NCBI GenBank assembly: GCA_013239625.1
Contig: MU053810.1
Coordinates: 2,801,518 to 2,865,517 of the forward strand
Length of the DNA: 64,000 nucleotides
DNA from: Lama guanicoe
Taxonomy: Eukaryota
Direction of reading: 5' to 3'
Below are positions 40,300-53,405 of the stretch, one piece after another. The position numbers were made by a program, and so were the translations under genes. Positions within the stretch are counted from its first letter, which is position 1. Each line of letters opens with the position of its first letter. The notes under the pieces were generated by a model that was not told where the DNA came from, did no database searches, and worked only from the letters and a program-made list of their open reading frames with translations.

Positions 40300-42620
40300 A
40301 GGAACAGAAAAACTCCAGAGTCCACACGAGGTGAGAATTCTAATAGAATCTTCCTCTCCCCACAGTGAACTGAGATTCCTATTAAGCATAACCTCAGTTT
40401 AAGGTGACTAAGAAGAAAATCCACTAAGTTAACTCTCACCCATATGGGACCACAAGGAAAGTTGTTTTCTAAGTGCTGAGCACCTCAGGGTGATAAAAAG
40501 TTTCTGAGAATTTATAACCATGAGCTGACCCTCACCAGAATTTACAGCCCAAATTTATATTACCTAGGTAATAGGTACATGAGTGAGAGCTCACTGGAAA
40601 AAAAAAAAAAAAAAAAAAAAGAAAGAAAGAAAAAAAAGGAAAAACAAATAGGAGACAGACAAAAATTTTATAGTTAGAACTGTTATACAAAGATTATAAA
40701 ATAACTATGTTTAGGATGGTTAAAGAAATGAAAGATCAATCTGAAAATACCCACAGGAATTGGGAAGCTGTAAATATTTACCAGAAAGATTTGAAAAGGC
40801 ACCAAATAGAGCTATTTAAACATCTTAAAACTGAAACATAAAACTCAGTGGACAGGTCAAATAGCAGATTAAACATAGTTATAAAGAGAATTAGTAAAAT
40901 GGAAGATAGGAAATAAAAAGTCATCCAGAATGAAGCCCAAGGAGATGAAGGTATGAAAAATATGAAAGAGAGGCTATGAGGTAGGGGATATCGCATGAGA
41001 TGATCTAACAAATCCCTAATCAGAGCCTCAGAATGAGGCAGAGATGGGATACAGTGATTACACAAAGAGATGACAACTGAAGTTTTCCTACGACTGGACA
41101 AATGACCAATCCTCTATTCAATAAGCCCAACAAATCCCAAGAAGGATAAATAAAGATATTCATATCTAAACATGTAATGGAGAAAATGTAGAACAGCAAA
41201 CAAGAAGTTTTAAAAAGCCAGAGGTTAAAAAAAAAAGACAGATTACCTTTAAAGGAGCAACAATTAGACAGACAGCTGACAGTAAAGAGGAAAGTTAGAA
41301 GACACTGAAATGATAGGAGAAGATAAATTTCAACCTAGAATTCCCCAGCAAATATCTTTTAAGAAAGTAAAGACATTTTCACACAAATAAAAACTTAAGA
41401 GTTTTCCCACAGATGGTCCCTAATGAAAGCAAAGTCAAAAGGATGAACCTTGGAAAAGAATAAAATCATTTCCAATAAAATTCTGAGAAACAAAAAGACA
41501 GGAAGAGCAAAAGAACATTAAATATAATAATGGTGCCATTAAGTGTTAGAAACATAAGGCAGAATTCAAATATAGTAATAATATAATGATCAAGGAGAAA
41601 TGAAAAGAACAATAAAAGTGTTCCAAGGTCTTTGTATTTTTCAGAAAAGAGTTAAGCTAATAATGAATATTGCAATTTCTATAGTAACCACTAAAAGAAT
41701 AGAAACTGTATAAGTTGCAAACTATTAGAAAGGAAAACCTGGAATGAGAAAACAGTTAAAAAGCAGGGAAGAAAGTAGAGGAAAAGATGCATATTAAATT
41801 GGGCAAGACAATTAGACACAAAGTGGAAATAAATAAGCAGTCAGACAAATAAGTCTGAAGTTCAGGAAAGAAGTCCCCGAAAAGATATAAATTTAGGAGT
41901 CATCAGCGTGGAAGTGAATGCAGACAGAAGACAGGAGTCCAAAGATAAAGCTCTGGGGTCCTCTAACATTTAGAGCTGAGGAGATGAGGAAAAACAATTG
42001 ATGACTGATTTTACAAGATTAAAGGGAGCCATACACTCAGTTATAAAATAAAATACTTTAAAAAATAAGTATGGAACATTTACCAAAAATTGATCAAGCA
42101 TTAGGTAACAAAGAAAAAACATATATTCTAAGACACAGAAACCATCTAAGGCACACCCTGAGTATGCAGCAATGAAAACAGATACTCATAAGTAAAGGAG
42201 AGCCCAAACAACAAAAATACTAACCACGGGGAAATTTTAACAAATTCTCCAAAAAAAAACCTCAGAGAAAATGAAAATGCAGAATTAAAGACTATTTAAA
42301 GATAAACATCAAAAGAAACTCTTATTTATGGGTACAGCCAAAACAGTACTCAGAGGGAAATTCATATAGTTTCCAATGCATTTTAATTAGAATAATGAGA
42401 TAAAAATTCAACCGAGAAAAGCTGAAGATGGTTTTAAAAAAGGAATGAATAAAGACAAAGGATAAATTAATGAAAAATTTAAAACAACAAAAAATGGCTT
42501 GATAACAGACGGTTCTTTGCCAAAAATGACAAAATGGACAACTCCAGACCCACAGTAAATTAACATTACGGATGACAAAGAGCTATAATTACAGATTAAA
42601 AGGATGTTAAATATTATAAA
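40300..42620 (+). mobile_element. Ancient L1 5'/ORF1-region and ORF2 fragments with a small L2 piece near 41830-41990
   Basis: aactcagtggacaggtcaaatagcagattaaacatag...gaagatagg; gattacctttaaaggagcaacaattagac; tcaacctagaattc. Confidence 0.65.
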
Positions 42621-43714
42621 ATAAGAACCAATGTCAACATTTCAGAATAATAAACCACAAGCATTCTCCATTATTTCCTGAATCCTGACAGGAATAAATA
42701 ACAGCAGTTCTACAAATACTCTCCCAGACCTCCTATCTATCTCAAAATACCCAAACATTAGTAGAAATGGAGAGGAAAAAAAGAAAATCCTAATTCTTAA
42801 GCAAAAGATCTACTGAATAATGACTTACGTCCGAGTGCTGTCACTGTCGGGCTGAACCTCTGTGCACCACTCAGAAGTCTCCTAACCCGCCTGGAGCGGT
42901 TAGGGTTAGGTACTTATTACGTGTCAGCTTCCAAAGTGTTTCACATACACTAACTGATTTAATCTTCACAGCAGTCATACTATCATCACCACTTTATAAC
43001 AATAAAATGATGAAACTATCACCCCCATTTTTATTAAAAAACAGTAATTTCCCTATTAAAGATGACAGACAACTGGATCATGACCAACTTGTAACTCTGT
43101 CTTGAGTTCTAGTTTACCTAGCAGAGTGAGTAACAAAGAAAGTGCTGAAGGTGTCAAAGACAAACAGGCAGAAGACTCCTAAGAGATACCATTCTTTGGC
43201 ATAATATGATGACAAGAAATAATTATGTACTACTCTTAGGTCCCCTCTCCTAATTGTTTGGATAGCTCCACATCCTTAATGTTCAGCTCAAGTGTCACTC
43301 CTCTTTCCTTAAGTGTTTCTTTGTATATGTGTATTATTTTGCTTTCCTACTGTAAGTATTGTCACTTCCAGACTCTGGACTTCCATTCCAGAGTAGGACT
43401 AGCAAGGTAGCCATAAAGGTATTACAGCCAGAATTCAGTAACTGTTCACTGAATTAAAAAAAAAAAAAACTGAGTAAAGCTGACGGCTCTTCTTTCCACC
43501 TATTCACCTAAAATTTCCTCAGAATTCTCTCCTATCCTTTCCTTCTTTCTTCAGTTCTCTTCCAAAACTAATGCCTCCTGTCCCATGGTTTGACCCCATC
43601 TCCTGTTGTTTCCTTTAAGGTCTTGGTCCTTTAATCATTTCCCTTTCGAACTTCAATTTGTACTCCTTCCTTTGCTCTTCTTAGCTTAGAATGTATGTTC
43701 ATAATTTCCATTCA

Positions 43715-46700
43715 GAGCTGTGACGTGAGCCAAAATGGTAGCACAGTCAATCCCAAGTGCCTGTCCTTTCACAGAAACACTGAAAAATCAAGTAGAAACT
43801 GTGTGAACCAACCTTTTCATAACTCCAGAAAATGAAGGTTTATAGAAACCAAGCAAATATTGAACCAAGGAAAAGACATCTTAAAAAGACATCTTAAAAG
43901 ACATCTTAAAAACCAAGGAAAGCTCTGTAGCATTTTTACATGCTCTTGCCTCACTCCCTGCTCGGTCTGGTGGCAATCTTGAAGATGGAAGTCTGCTTTC
44001 TCAGTCTGGGACCCTGGTCCCTTGCTCTGGAGGAAGCAGAGCAAAGCTTATTTGCAAATTATTGTGTTTATCTACTCTAACCTGCCTGGGACCATCTAAA
44101 AACCTGATATAAGGCACCTGTCTTTGTCACGAGACACAAATAGGCTGGAAGTGAAAGGATACCAAACAGATACTTTATGCAAATAGTATCCAAAAGATAG
44201 CTGAGTGGCTGCACAAATACTGCACAAAATAGAGTTTAGGTCAAAAACTGTTTAAAGAGACAAAGAAGGACATTATACATTTATAAAAGGATCGGTTCAT
44301 CCAGGAGGCAGAACACTTACAAACACATATAACCCCAAACAACAGAGCTCAAAATACATGAAACGTTGAAAGAATTGAGGAAACAGACAGTTCTACAGTA
44401 ACAGTTGGAAACTTCAATACCCCGTTTTCAATACGGACAGACCATACAGATATAAGATAGATAAGGACATACAGAACTTGAACAACACTGTAAACCAACT
44501 AGACCTAACAGATATTCATAGGGAACACTCCATCCAACAACAGCACAACACACATTCTCCTCAAGTGCACAAAGAACATTCTCCAGGATAAACCATATGT
44601 AAGGCCGTAAAATAAGTGTCAAAAAATGTAAAAACACTGAAGCCACATAAAGTATCTTCCCTAACCACAAAGAATGAAACTAGAAATCAGTAACAGAATA
44701 AAAAGTAGAAAATTCACATGTACATGAACATTAAATAACACAGTCTTAAACAACAAATGGGTTCAAAAAAAATAAGGGAAATTAAAAAATACAGGCAAAT
44801 GAAAGTGAAAACAAACCATAGCTCAGTGGTACAGTGCGTGCTTTGCATGCACCAGGTCCTAGGCTCAATCCCCAGTACCTCCATTCAAACAAACAAATAC
44901 CTAATCACCCCCTGCAATTTTTTTTAGTTAAAAAAATAGGAAAATAATACTCAGTGAAATAGAAAGTTCATTCTTTAGAAGATCAACAAAATTGGAAAAC
45001 TTAGCTAGACTGACAGAGAGAGATGAGTGGGAAGGTGAGGTGGGAGGGGTGGGGAGAGAAGAGATGCAAATAACTAAAATGAGACATGAAATGAAAGTGA
45101 AGCTATTACCAAGCTTTCAGAAATAAAAACTTTTTAGAGATTACCAAAAATAACTGTATGCCAACAAATAAAATAAACTAGATGAAAATGGGACAAATTC
45201 ACAGAAATAAGTAAGTTTCCAAAACTGACTGAAGAAGGAATGGAAAATCTGAACAGACCCATAACAATAAAGAGACTGAATCAGTTAAAACAAACAAACA
45301 ACAACAACAAAAAAAAACCAACTTCAAAAGAACAGGATCAGGTGACTTTACTGGTGAATTCTACTAAGCATTTAGAGAAGAATTATCACCAGTCCTTCTA
45401 AAACTCTTCCAAAATTTTTCTTCCAAAAAACTGAAAAAGAGGTAACACTTCCTAACACATTCTGTGAGACTAGTAGTACCCTTATCCCAAAGCCACCACA
45501 GAAAAAGAAAACTACAGAACACAGCTTTTGAATACTGATGGAGAAATCTTCAATGAAATACCAGCAACCAACTCCAAAAGTACATGAAAACAATTACACA
45601 CCATGGTAAAGTGGGATTTATGCCAGGAGTGCAAGGGTTGTTCAACATAAGAAAATCACTCAGTGTAATACACCACATTAATAAAATAAAGGGGAAAAAA
45701 GCACCCTCATGATTTTCTCAACTGATGCAGAAAAAGCACTGGTCAAATTCAACGTTATTTCATGATAAAAAAACATTTAAACAAGGAACAGAAGGAAATA
45801 ACTTCAACATAATAAAGGTCATAAATGGAAAAAAAAACCCCACAGCTTCACATTCTGTGGTAAAAGTCTAAAAACCTTCCCTCTGAGATTAGGAACAAAA
45901 CAAGGATGCTCACTTTTGCCACTTTTCCAATCTAATACTGGAAGTTCTAGCCAGTGACATTACATAAGAAAAGGAAATGAAGGACATCCAAATTGTACAG
46001 GAAGATGTATAATTACCTCTGTTCACAGATGACACCATCTTATATACAGACAACTATAAAGGTCACACACAAAACCTGTTACAATTAATAACTGAAATCA
46101 GCAATGTTATAGGATATAATACCAACACACAAACTCAGCTGCATCTGTATACAGTAATGATGAACAATCTGAAAAGGAAATTATGAAACAATTCCATTTA
46201 TAATAGCATCAAAAAGAATAAAGCACTTAGGAATTAATTTAACCAAAGAGGTGGAAAACTTGTACAATAAAAAGTACAAAACACTGTTGAAAGAAATTAG
46301 AGAAGAAATAAATAAATGAAAAGACATCCACGTTCATGGATAGAAGGACTAAACATTGTTAAGATGTGAATTTTACCCAAAGCAATCTACAGATACAAAA
46401 CAATCTCCATCAAAATCCCTGTGACATTGTATGCAAATAGGAAAATCCATCCTGAAATTCATCTGGGATCTCAAGTGAACCCAACAGCCAAAACAATCTT
46501 GAAGAAGAAGAAAGCTGGAGTATTCACATTTCCTGATTTCAAAGCTTAGTACAAAGCTACAATATTCAAAAGAGTGTGGTACTGGCATAAAGACAGACAT
46601 ACAGACCAACGGAATAGACTAGAGCCCAGAAATGAGCCCTCACATGTATGGTCAAATGATTTTTGACAGGATGCCAAGACCATTTAATAGAGGGAGAGTC

Positions 46701-47905
46701 TTTTCATGAAATTGTGCTAAGATTATATATAATGTGCACAAGAAGGACTCCAGACTCCTACTTGAAAAGTATACAAAAATTAATGCAAAATGAGTCAATA
46801 ATTTAAATATAAAAACTAAAACCATAAAATTCATGGAAGAAAGCAAAAGGGTAAAATTCATTACCTTGAATCTGACAAGAGAGTCACAGCTATAGTACCA
46901 AAAACCACAAATGAAAAAGCTGATAAATTGGACTTTATAAAAATTTTAGATGTTTGTCCATAAAAGGACATCTTTAGGAAAGTGAAAAGAAAACCACAGA
47001 ATGGGACAAAATATTTGTAAATCACAATCATATATCTTATAAGCAAATCACACATTCAGTATGCAGAACATGTAATGCACTTGGTAACAGACAACTCAAT
47101 TTTTAAAAAAGGGCATTTCCCTAAAGAAAACACACACGGCTAAGAAGCACATGACAAGATGCTCTATGTTACCAGTCATTATGGGAATGCAAGTCAAACC
47201 CACAGTGAGATACCACTACACACCCGAGGATGGCTTAACATCAACAACAGAAAATAACAAGTGTGGATAAGAAGATGTGAAAATGAAATCCTTGTATACT
47301 GCTGGTAAGAATGTAGAATGGTTCAGCTGTTATGGAAAACAGATTAGAGGTTCCTCAAAAGGCTCAACATAAAATTACCATATATCCCAGCAATTCCACT
47401 TTGGAACAGATAAAGGTACTCAAACAAATATACATAGACACATGTTCATTAGCATCCAAGAGGCAGAATAGTCCGAAAGTCCATCAATTGAAAATGGATA
47501 AACAAATTGTGGTATATATATAAAACGGAATGTTATTCAGCCATAAAAAGGACTGATACCTGCTACAACGTGGATGAATATCAAAACATGCTAAGTGAAA
47601 GAAGCCAGAAACAAAAGGTCACATACTGTATGATTCCATTTATAAGAAATATCCAAAATAGGTAAATCCGTGGAGACAAAATGAAGATTAGTGGTTGCTA
47701 TAGGCTGGTGGGGACAGGATTGGAAAATGGGGAGCAACTGGGTAATAGGCACAGGGGCTTCCTTTTGGGGTAATGAAATGTTTCGGTGCTAGACCAAGGT
47801 GGTGGCTGCAAAACACTGTGAATGTACTAAATGCTACTGAATCGTTGACTTTTGAAAGGTTAGTTTTATGTTACGTGACTTTCTCCTCAATGATTGAAAA
47901 AAATT
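43715..47905 (+). mobile_element. L1MB-like element: 5' UTR-like start joined to decayed ORF2 and 3' UTR
   Basis: Starts gccaaaatggtagcacag; ORF2 motifs from about 44130 (agagacaaagaaggacattatac; gtgggatttatgccaggagtgcaagggttgttcaac); ends ttttatgttacgtgactttctcctcaat plus an A-run. Confidence 0.85.
44817..44935 (+). mobile_element. Camelid tRNA-derived SINE nested in L1
   Basis: atagctcagtggtacagtgcgtgctttgcatgcaccaggtcctaggctcaatccccagtacctcca...cctaatcaccccc. Confidence 0.85.
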
Positions 47906-48251
47906 GTTAAAAAAACCCACATTGGTATATCCACTAGAAGAGCTAAAACGATTAAAAAAAAAAAGACATAAATACCAAATGTTAGCAGGGATGTGGAACA
48001 ACAGGAACTCTCATAAACTGGTGTGTATGTGTACATTGGTGAGTTACTTAGAAACAACTGACAATATCACTAGAGCTGAATCATATGCACAGCCTAGCAC
48101 AATGCCTAGCAGGTGGCCAATAAATGTTCGCTGATTGAACTAATGGGGTGCCCACTGTATTTAGGCGCTGTGCTAAGACCCTGGGACATAAAAATGAACA
48201 TACATGGTTCTCTCTCCTAATAAAAAGATATTTACATAATTCTAATAAAAT

Positions 48252-48598
48252 ATACAGATGGCCCTCCATATCCATGGGTTCTGCATCTGCAGATTCAACC
48301 AACTCCGTCCGGACTGAAAATAATCAGGAAAAAAATTCCAGAAAGTGCCAAAAAGCAAAATTTTAATTTGCTGCATGCTAGCAACTGCTTACACAGCATT
48401 TACCTTGTATTTACACAGTATTCACACTGTATTAGGTATTATAAGTAATCTAGAGATTACTGAAATATAGGGAGGAAGTACATAGGTAAGATGCAAATAC
48501 TACGTCATTCTTACAAGGAGTATCTGGGGATTGTGGTGTCCTGGGGTTGGAAGCAGTGTCCTGCAACCAACCCCCTATGAATACTAAGGGATGACTAT
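48252..48598. mobile_element. MER2-type Tigger MITE (opposite orientation to 10654-11070)
   Basis: tacagatggccctccatatccatgggttctgcatctgcagattcaaccaac...tgtattaggtattataagtaatctagagat...aagggatgact. Confidence 0.8.
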
Positions 48599-51500
48599 CT
48601 TTATGTTGTGGGGGGTGGATGGTGTATTGGTTTTAGGGTCAGATAGACCATTTGAACCCTGGCTCTACTATTTACTAGCTAGCTATGATTACAGGCAAAT
48701 CTGAACTTTATTTCTGCATCATTTCTGGAATTTCTTTCCTTTCTACTCTCACTCCACAGTCTGCTGCTGTTAGAGTCATTTTTATAACACAGAGCACATC
48801 AACACCCCACTCCTTCTTAGCTCAAAATCCACAGATTCCCCACTACATAAAATAAAAAATGTAAACTTCTTAGCCTGGCATTCAGCACCTTCTACATTTT
48901 GTTACTGACCTGTCTTTCCAGCCTTATCTTGTAGTATACGCCCACCATGTTCTAGAAGCTAGACACAATGGCCTACCACTTATCTTCAACATGTTTTGAA
49001 ATGTTTTACTTTTATTTCTTTTCTCAACATGTCTTCCAAAAATTCACTCTCTACGTGAGTATCTTTGGGTCATGAGAAAGTGATTTTCATGGTATACTGG
49101 TAAAGGGTATACATGTAATTTGGCTTAACATATAGATTCAGCACAGGAGAGAATAAAGTGATCCCATTTGTGGGAGGAGTCTGATCCACATGACAAATGA
49201 AAAACTCAGCCATCAGGAACACACTTTGGCCTTGGCATTTTATTTAGGTAGAGGAAGTTATTACTGTTTTCTTAGTACTAACCATATTGTTGCATTAGAA
49301 TATCTCTTCTGAAAAGACTGACACTAGAAAACTGTTTTTGTGGTCCAGCAACTTGAATCTAATCCAGTATCAGAATAAACTGGCCCTACCCTTGTGATTT
49401 CTAGTTGTGAATATGGTGAGATACTCCCAGGAACTTTCAACTCATGGAAAAAGATTATCTTTTGAAAGATAAACACCTAAAGGGTAAGACCATGTAATGG
49501 GTATTAAGTGACAGAGTGAAGTAAATTAATGGGATCAGTTTAATTCAACAACCAAATTCAATTCAATTAACATTTACCCTACAGACACTACAGTGAATAT
49601 AAAGTTAAAAGGGCATGAACTCAACCACCAGGTGGTTTATAGTGGAACAGAGGAACGATGCACGTGACCAAGTAGTAATAATGTAAGAATTATATCTCAG
49701 TTTATTCCTAAAAAGTTACTTTTGTTATAAAGAAGACTGGATCCAAGGAAAACAATACAAAGCACAAAAAGCAAATCCTATACAACGGAATAGAGAAAAA
49801 AAACCCTCATAGTATAAAAGGAAGATCAGAAAGAAATGTGAATTTTTAAAAACTTCCTCTCCAAGAGTTTTTATAACTCTCTCTCCATAGGTACACCTAG
49901 TTATTTTTAAAATATTATCAAAATTTTACATCTGGAGAACATTTAATATACTATGATTCATCTTTTCTATGATCTCCTTCCCTCTGCAAAACAAAATCTG
50001 ATTTATTTAAGTATGTTTAATATAACATCGTAATCCTACTAAGACAAATGTGGTTCACTTAGAGATACAGGAAAAAGAAACGGGAAATGGTATTCAGCTC
50101 GTCAGTAATATGATGTCTGACTAGAACAAGTAGCGTATTAGTTGTCAGGAAGTGGAAAGCATTCTCAGATTTCAAAGCAACATCGATGTGATAAGATTCA
50201 AGGCAGAACAGAGCAGGTGGTGCGGTAGCAGTCATTAATTACAAGATGCCCAGGCTTAACAAAAGACTCACTTTACAGACTTAATTATCAATTAGCATTC
50301 TTCAAATTGATCGTAAACTGTTTCCATTGTAGAAAGTTTCTAAGAAGAAAATAAATTTATAAATAGAGTTAAAGTCAAATACTCATCACAAGAGGAATGA
50401 TTGTAATAATAAAAAATTTCCCAACTATGCATGAAATTATGAAACTAAGGACAGTGCTAGAGAGTACTAGTAGAATAAAACATGCTGCTCAAAACCCACC
50501 TTGTCCATAAAAACCATTATTTCTTCTAGAAAATTATCTAATTAAGATTAATTTTTATTGAAGGGCTATGATGTGTCTTCCACTTTTACATATTTATTTC
50601 ACTTAATTCTCACAGCATCCTTTGTTGTCTACTCATATATGTACCTGAGTACATGCACTGATATACAGACTCGTACATAAATCTGCACTTATTCTAGTCC
50701 ACAGAAAGGTAGTTTCTTATTTTGTGCATTCATTTTATCTTACTCTGTAAAGCGGCGGACTGTAATTATTCATTCTCTCTCTTCCCACTCAGAGAAAACT
50801 TGTATAAGAGGAGTTACTAAGACTTTAATACAGCAGGATATAAAAGCCTGGATATGGTTTACTTTTCCTGCTTAAAAGAAATGTGTCCTAGATCAGAACC
50901 ATCCGTGCTTACTGAAGCCATCAGGCTGCATTTCTGTATAAAGAGAAAAGGGTGGAAAAGAAAATCTGAGCGAAAATAAAAGAGGTGAAGAAAAGAGCGA
51001 GATAACTTTCACGGGGAGAAGAGCTCCTGAAACTTGGAAGGCGGATCGGCCCGGCACTGTCCGGTGCGGGCGCAGCGCCCTGGGGGCAGCGGGATCTGTA
51101 AGGGAGTGAAGACGCCTGAACTCGGAGGTGGGCCAGCCCCTGGCTGGCCTGGCGGGAGGTAGAGCAGGTGCTGGTGGGTCTCCTGCTGGGTCAGAGACAA
51201 CAGGCATCACGCTGGCCAAACCAGTATGACAAGCAAATGGGACTCACTCCAGAAGGAGAGGGCATTCTCAGGGAACGAGCAAAGCAGTAGTCACAGTAAA
51301 AGAGTGACTTCTTGTTGGAGAGACAACTAAGAAAGGGACTGGGAAAGCCTCAAAGAATGACTGTGGACTTCCTGCACACACTGATGGGGATGGGCTTAAA
51401 GTCAGAAATTTGTGTGGAATATTGAGAGATTTGACATCCTTTGTACTCATGTTATCAAGCAAGTTATACCGCTAAGAGACTCTTACAAAATATAGGCGCT

Positions 51501-52487
51501 TAATGTTTGTAGAAAGTGATTTTAATAAAGTAGGATTTTAATAAAATAAGAAAACCAAACACATAAATAGTGAACAAATATTTCACTTTTTTGTGCTTTC
51601 AAGTCTACTGGTTATTTTCTGTCATGAAGGTCAAGAGAACCCTGAACACACTTTTAATAGTATCATATAATTCATTCACTGGGGTGTCTTTTTAGCTATC
51701 CATTCTACAATAGTCGGAGACAATGTTTCAAAAGAGTTTTCCTTTTCTTCCTGAAGCTTTCCTTAGGTGAGAAACAGCTTAAATACAAAAGACCAACTGA
51801 GCAAAATATATGATTTTCTAACAGGCAAAGTTCAAATTTATCTTTCAGAAATAGCAGATATTCTAGATCTAATATTGCCATGGCCAAATTATTTTGAAAA
51901 TATAAACATGTTTTAGAAAGTGTAAAACAATTTTATTAAAGGGTAAACTAATAAACGATAAAATATTCAGTGGCAAGCTGAATACAAATAGTTAATTGCT
52001 TGGTAACAGATTGAGACCTCTCACGGGAGACTTCAGCTGTTATCAAACTAATTACATTAAAACGCTTTTAAAATGAAAATCCTGTTCTTACCAATAAAAC
52101 AGATCAATCTAGGCAGTTTTAGGTAGGTGAAGATCTAGCAACAACAATATCTCACCAATACTCCAGTGTACTTAGGGCTTGTTTCTTTTGGTTCTGTTGT
52201 TCAGACATGGCAAAGATAATCATTCTGATAACGTTTACAGTTATCTTGCTAGGCAAGTAACAGGAAGGTAAGATATCAAATGACTGCAGAATAATATAAT
52301 AGATGATTTAATAATACAGATAGAACAAACCAATAAAAGCAGCAGAAAACAAGATAATATTTATATCCTCTAAGTATCCCCTAAATACTCATAGCAAAAT
52401 AACCTGCATAGCTACAGTGAATCTTAAAGACAGATGAAAGATGGCGGAATCAGACTTAACAGAGGAAAAGCTGAGTTTTCCCAGGGA

Positions 52488-52902
52488 TGGTGGTGTGCTG
52501 GAGCCCACCTGTACCAGCTCATGAGCGCCAACTGCTAAAGTTTCAGGAAATGTGTGTGCCAGCTGTTAAATGTATCCATCAGTAAAAAATTATATAAAAT
52601 TACAATTAGTTGAATTATACTAAAAAGGTAATAGTCATAACTCATTGCTTCCTAACTATTTTACTACATTGTATTACTATGTATGCTTTTGAGGACAGGC
52701 ATATCTACATGGTGGAAATATTACATAAAGATAAACCACTACTGAGCATCTTCTCCCAACTCCACTTTCAGTAACTTCACGTTGGTAATTTCAAATCAGC
52801 CATGATGGAAGTAATTACCACTAAAATTGGCAAATGCTGCAAACTGAGGCTATTTTTTCTCTCCAAAGAATCAATTTTAAAAAATTTACCAACCCACCAC
52901 TC
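52488..52902. mobile_element. MER63-type hAT-Blackjack MITE
   Basis: Inverted ends gtggtgtgctgg ... ccaacccaccac; internal sequence resembles recalled MER63B. Confidence 0.7.
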
Positions 52903-53302
52903 CCATGGGTATTCTAAAAATTTTTTATAAAGAAGGCTGGTTTAAAATGCGTAACACTGTAAATACTTGAAAAACTACTTCCAGAAAAGTCACTGATGAC
53001 ACATAGGGAATATTATCTTAAATGGTACTAAATTATAAGATAGATCAGTTCTGGAATACTCCAAAATATAAGTAAATGACCATTTTTATTTCATAAAGAA
53101 AAATATGCCATCCATCTTTAACAAATTGCTATAACTCTGGAGGTTTAATTTTGGTATGGAGTCATTCTAAACAGAAATGAAGAGGATTTGGCATAAGAGT
53201 AGAATAAGAAACTACCAGGAGTCACTGTTGAACACTTTTCAGGCCCATGCTCACAGTTCTAAGTGTTATTATGCCCTTCTTTTTCATTTAAATAACTTTC
53301 TC

Positions 53303-53405
53303 ATGCTCACTTTGGCAACATAGATACTAAAATTGGAACGATACAGAGACAAGCATGGCCCCTGAGCAAGGATGACATGCAAATTCATGAAGCATTCCAT
53401 ATTTC
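53303..53405 (+). pseudogene. RNU6: Full-length U6 snRNA retropseudogene (5' part of a U6-L1 chimera)
   Basis: atgctcactttggcaacatagatactaaaattggaacgatacagag..agcatggcccctgagcaaggatgacatgcaaattcatgaagcattccatattt aligns end to end with U6. Most differences are CpG decay, and a few bases are missing after ACAGAGA. Confidence 0.95.

Noticed and set aside
42896..42911. Interstitial telomeric repeat (ggttagggttagg)
   Set aside because: Only about two units are present, too short to call. It is better considered as part of the local hairpin and splice candidate.
43863..43921. Short direct repeats as a CRISPR-like array (also 31798-31843)
   Set aside because: These are adjacent tandem duplications without unique spacers, inside decayed transposons of a mammalian genome.
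53303..53405. Functional U6 snRNA gene
   Set aside because: It shows CpG decay, missing bases next to the ACAGAGA box, no clean T-run terminator, and direct fusion to L1.
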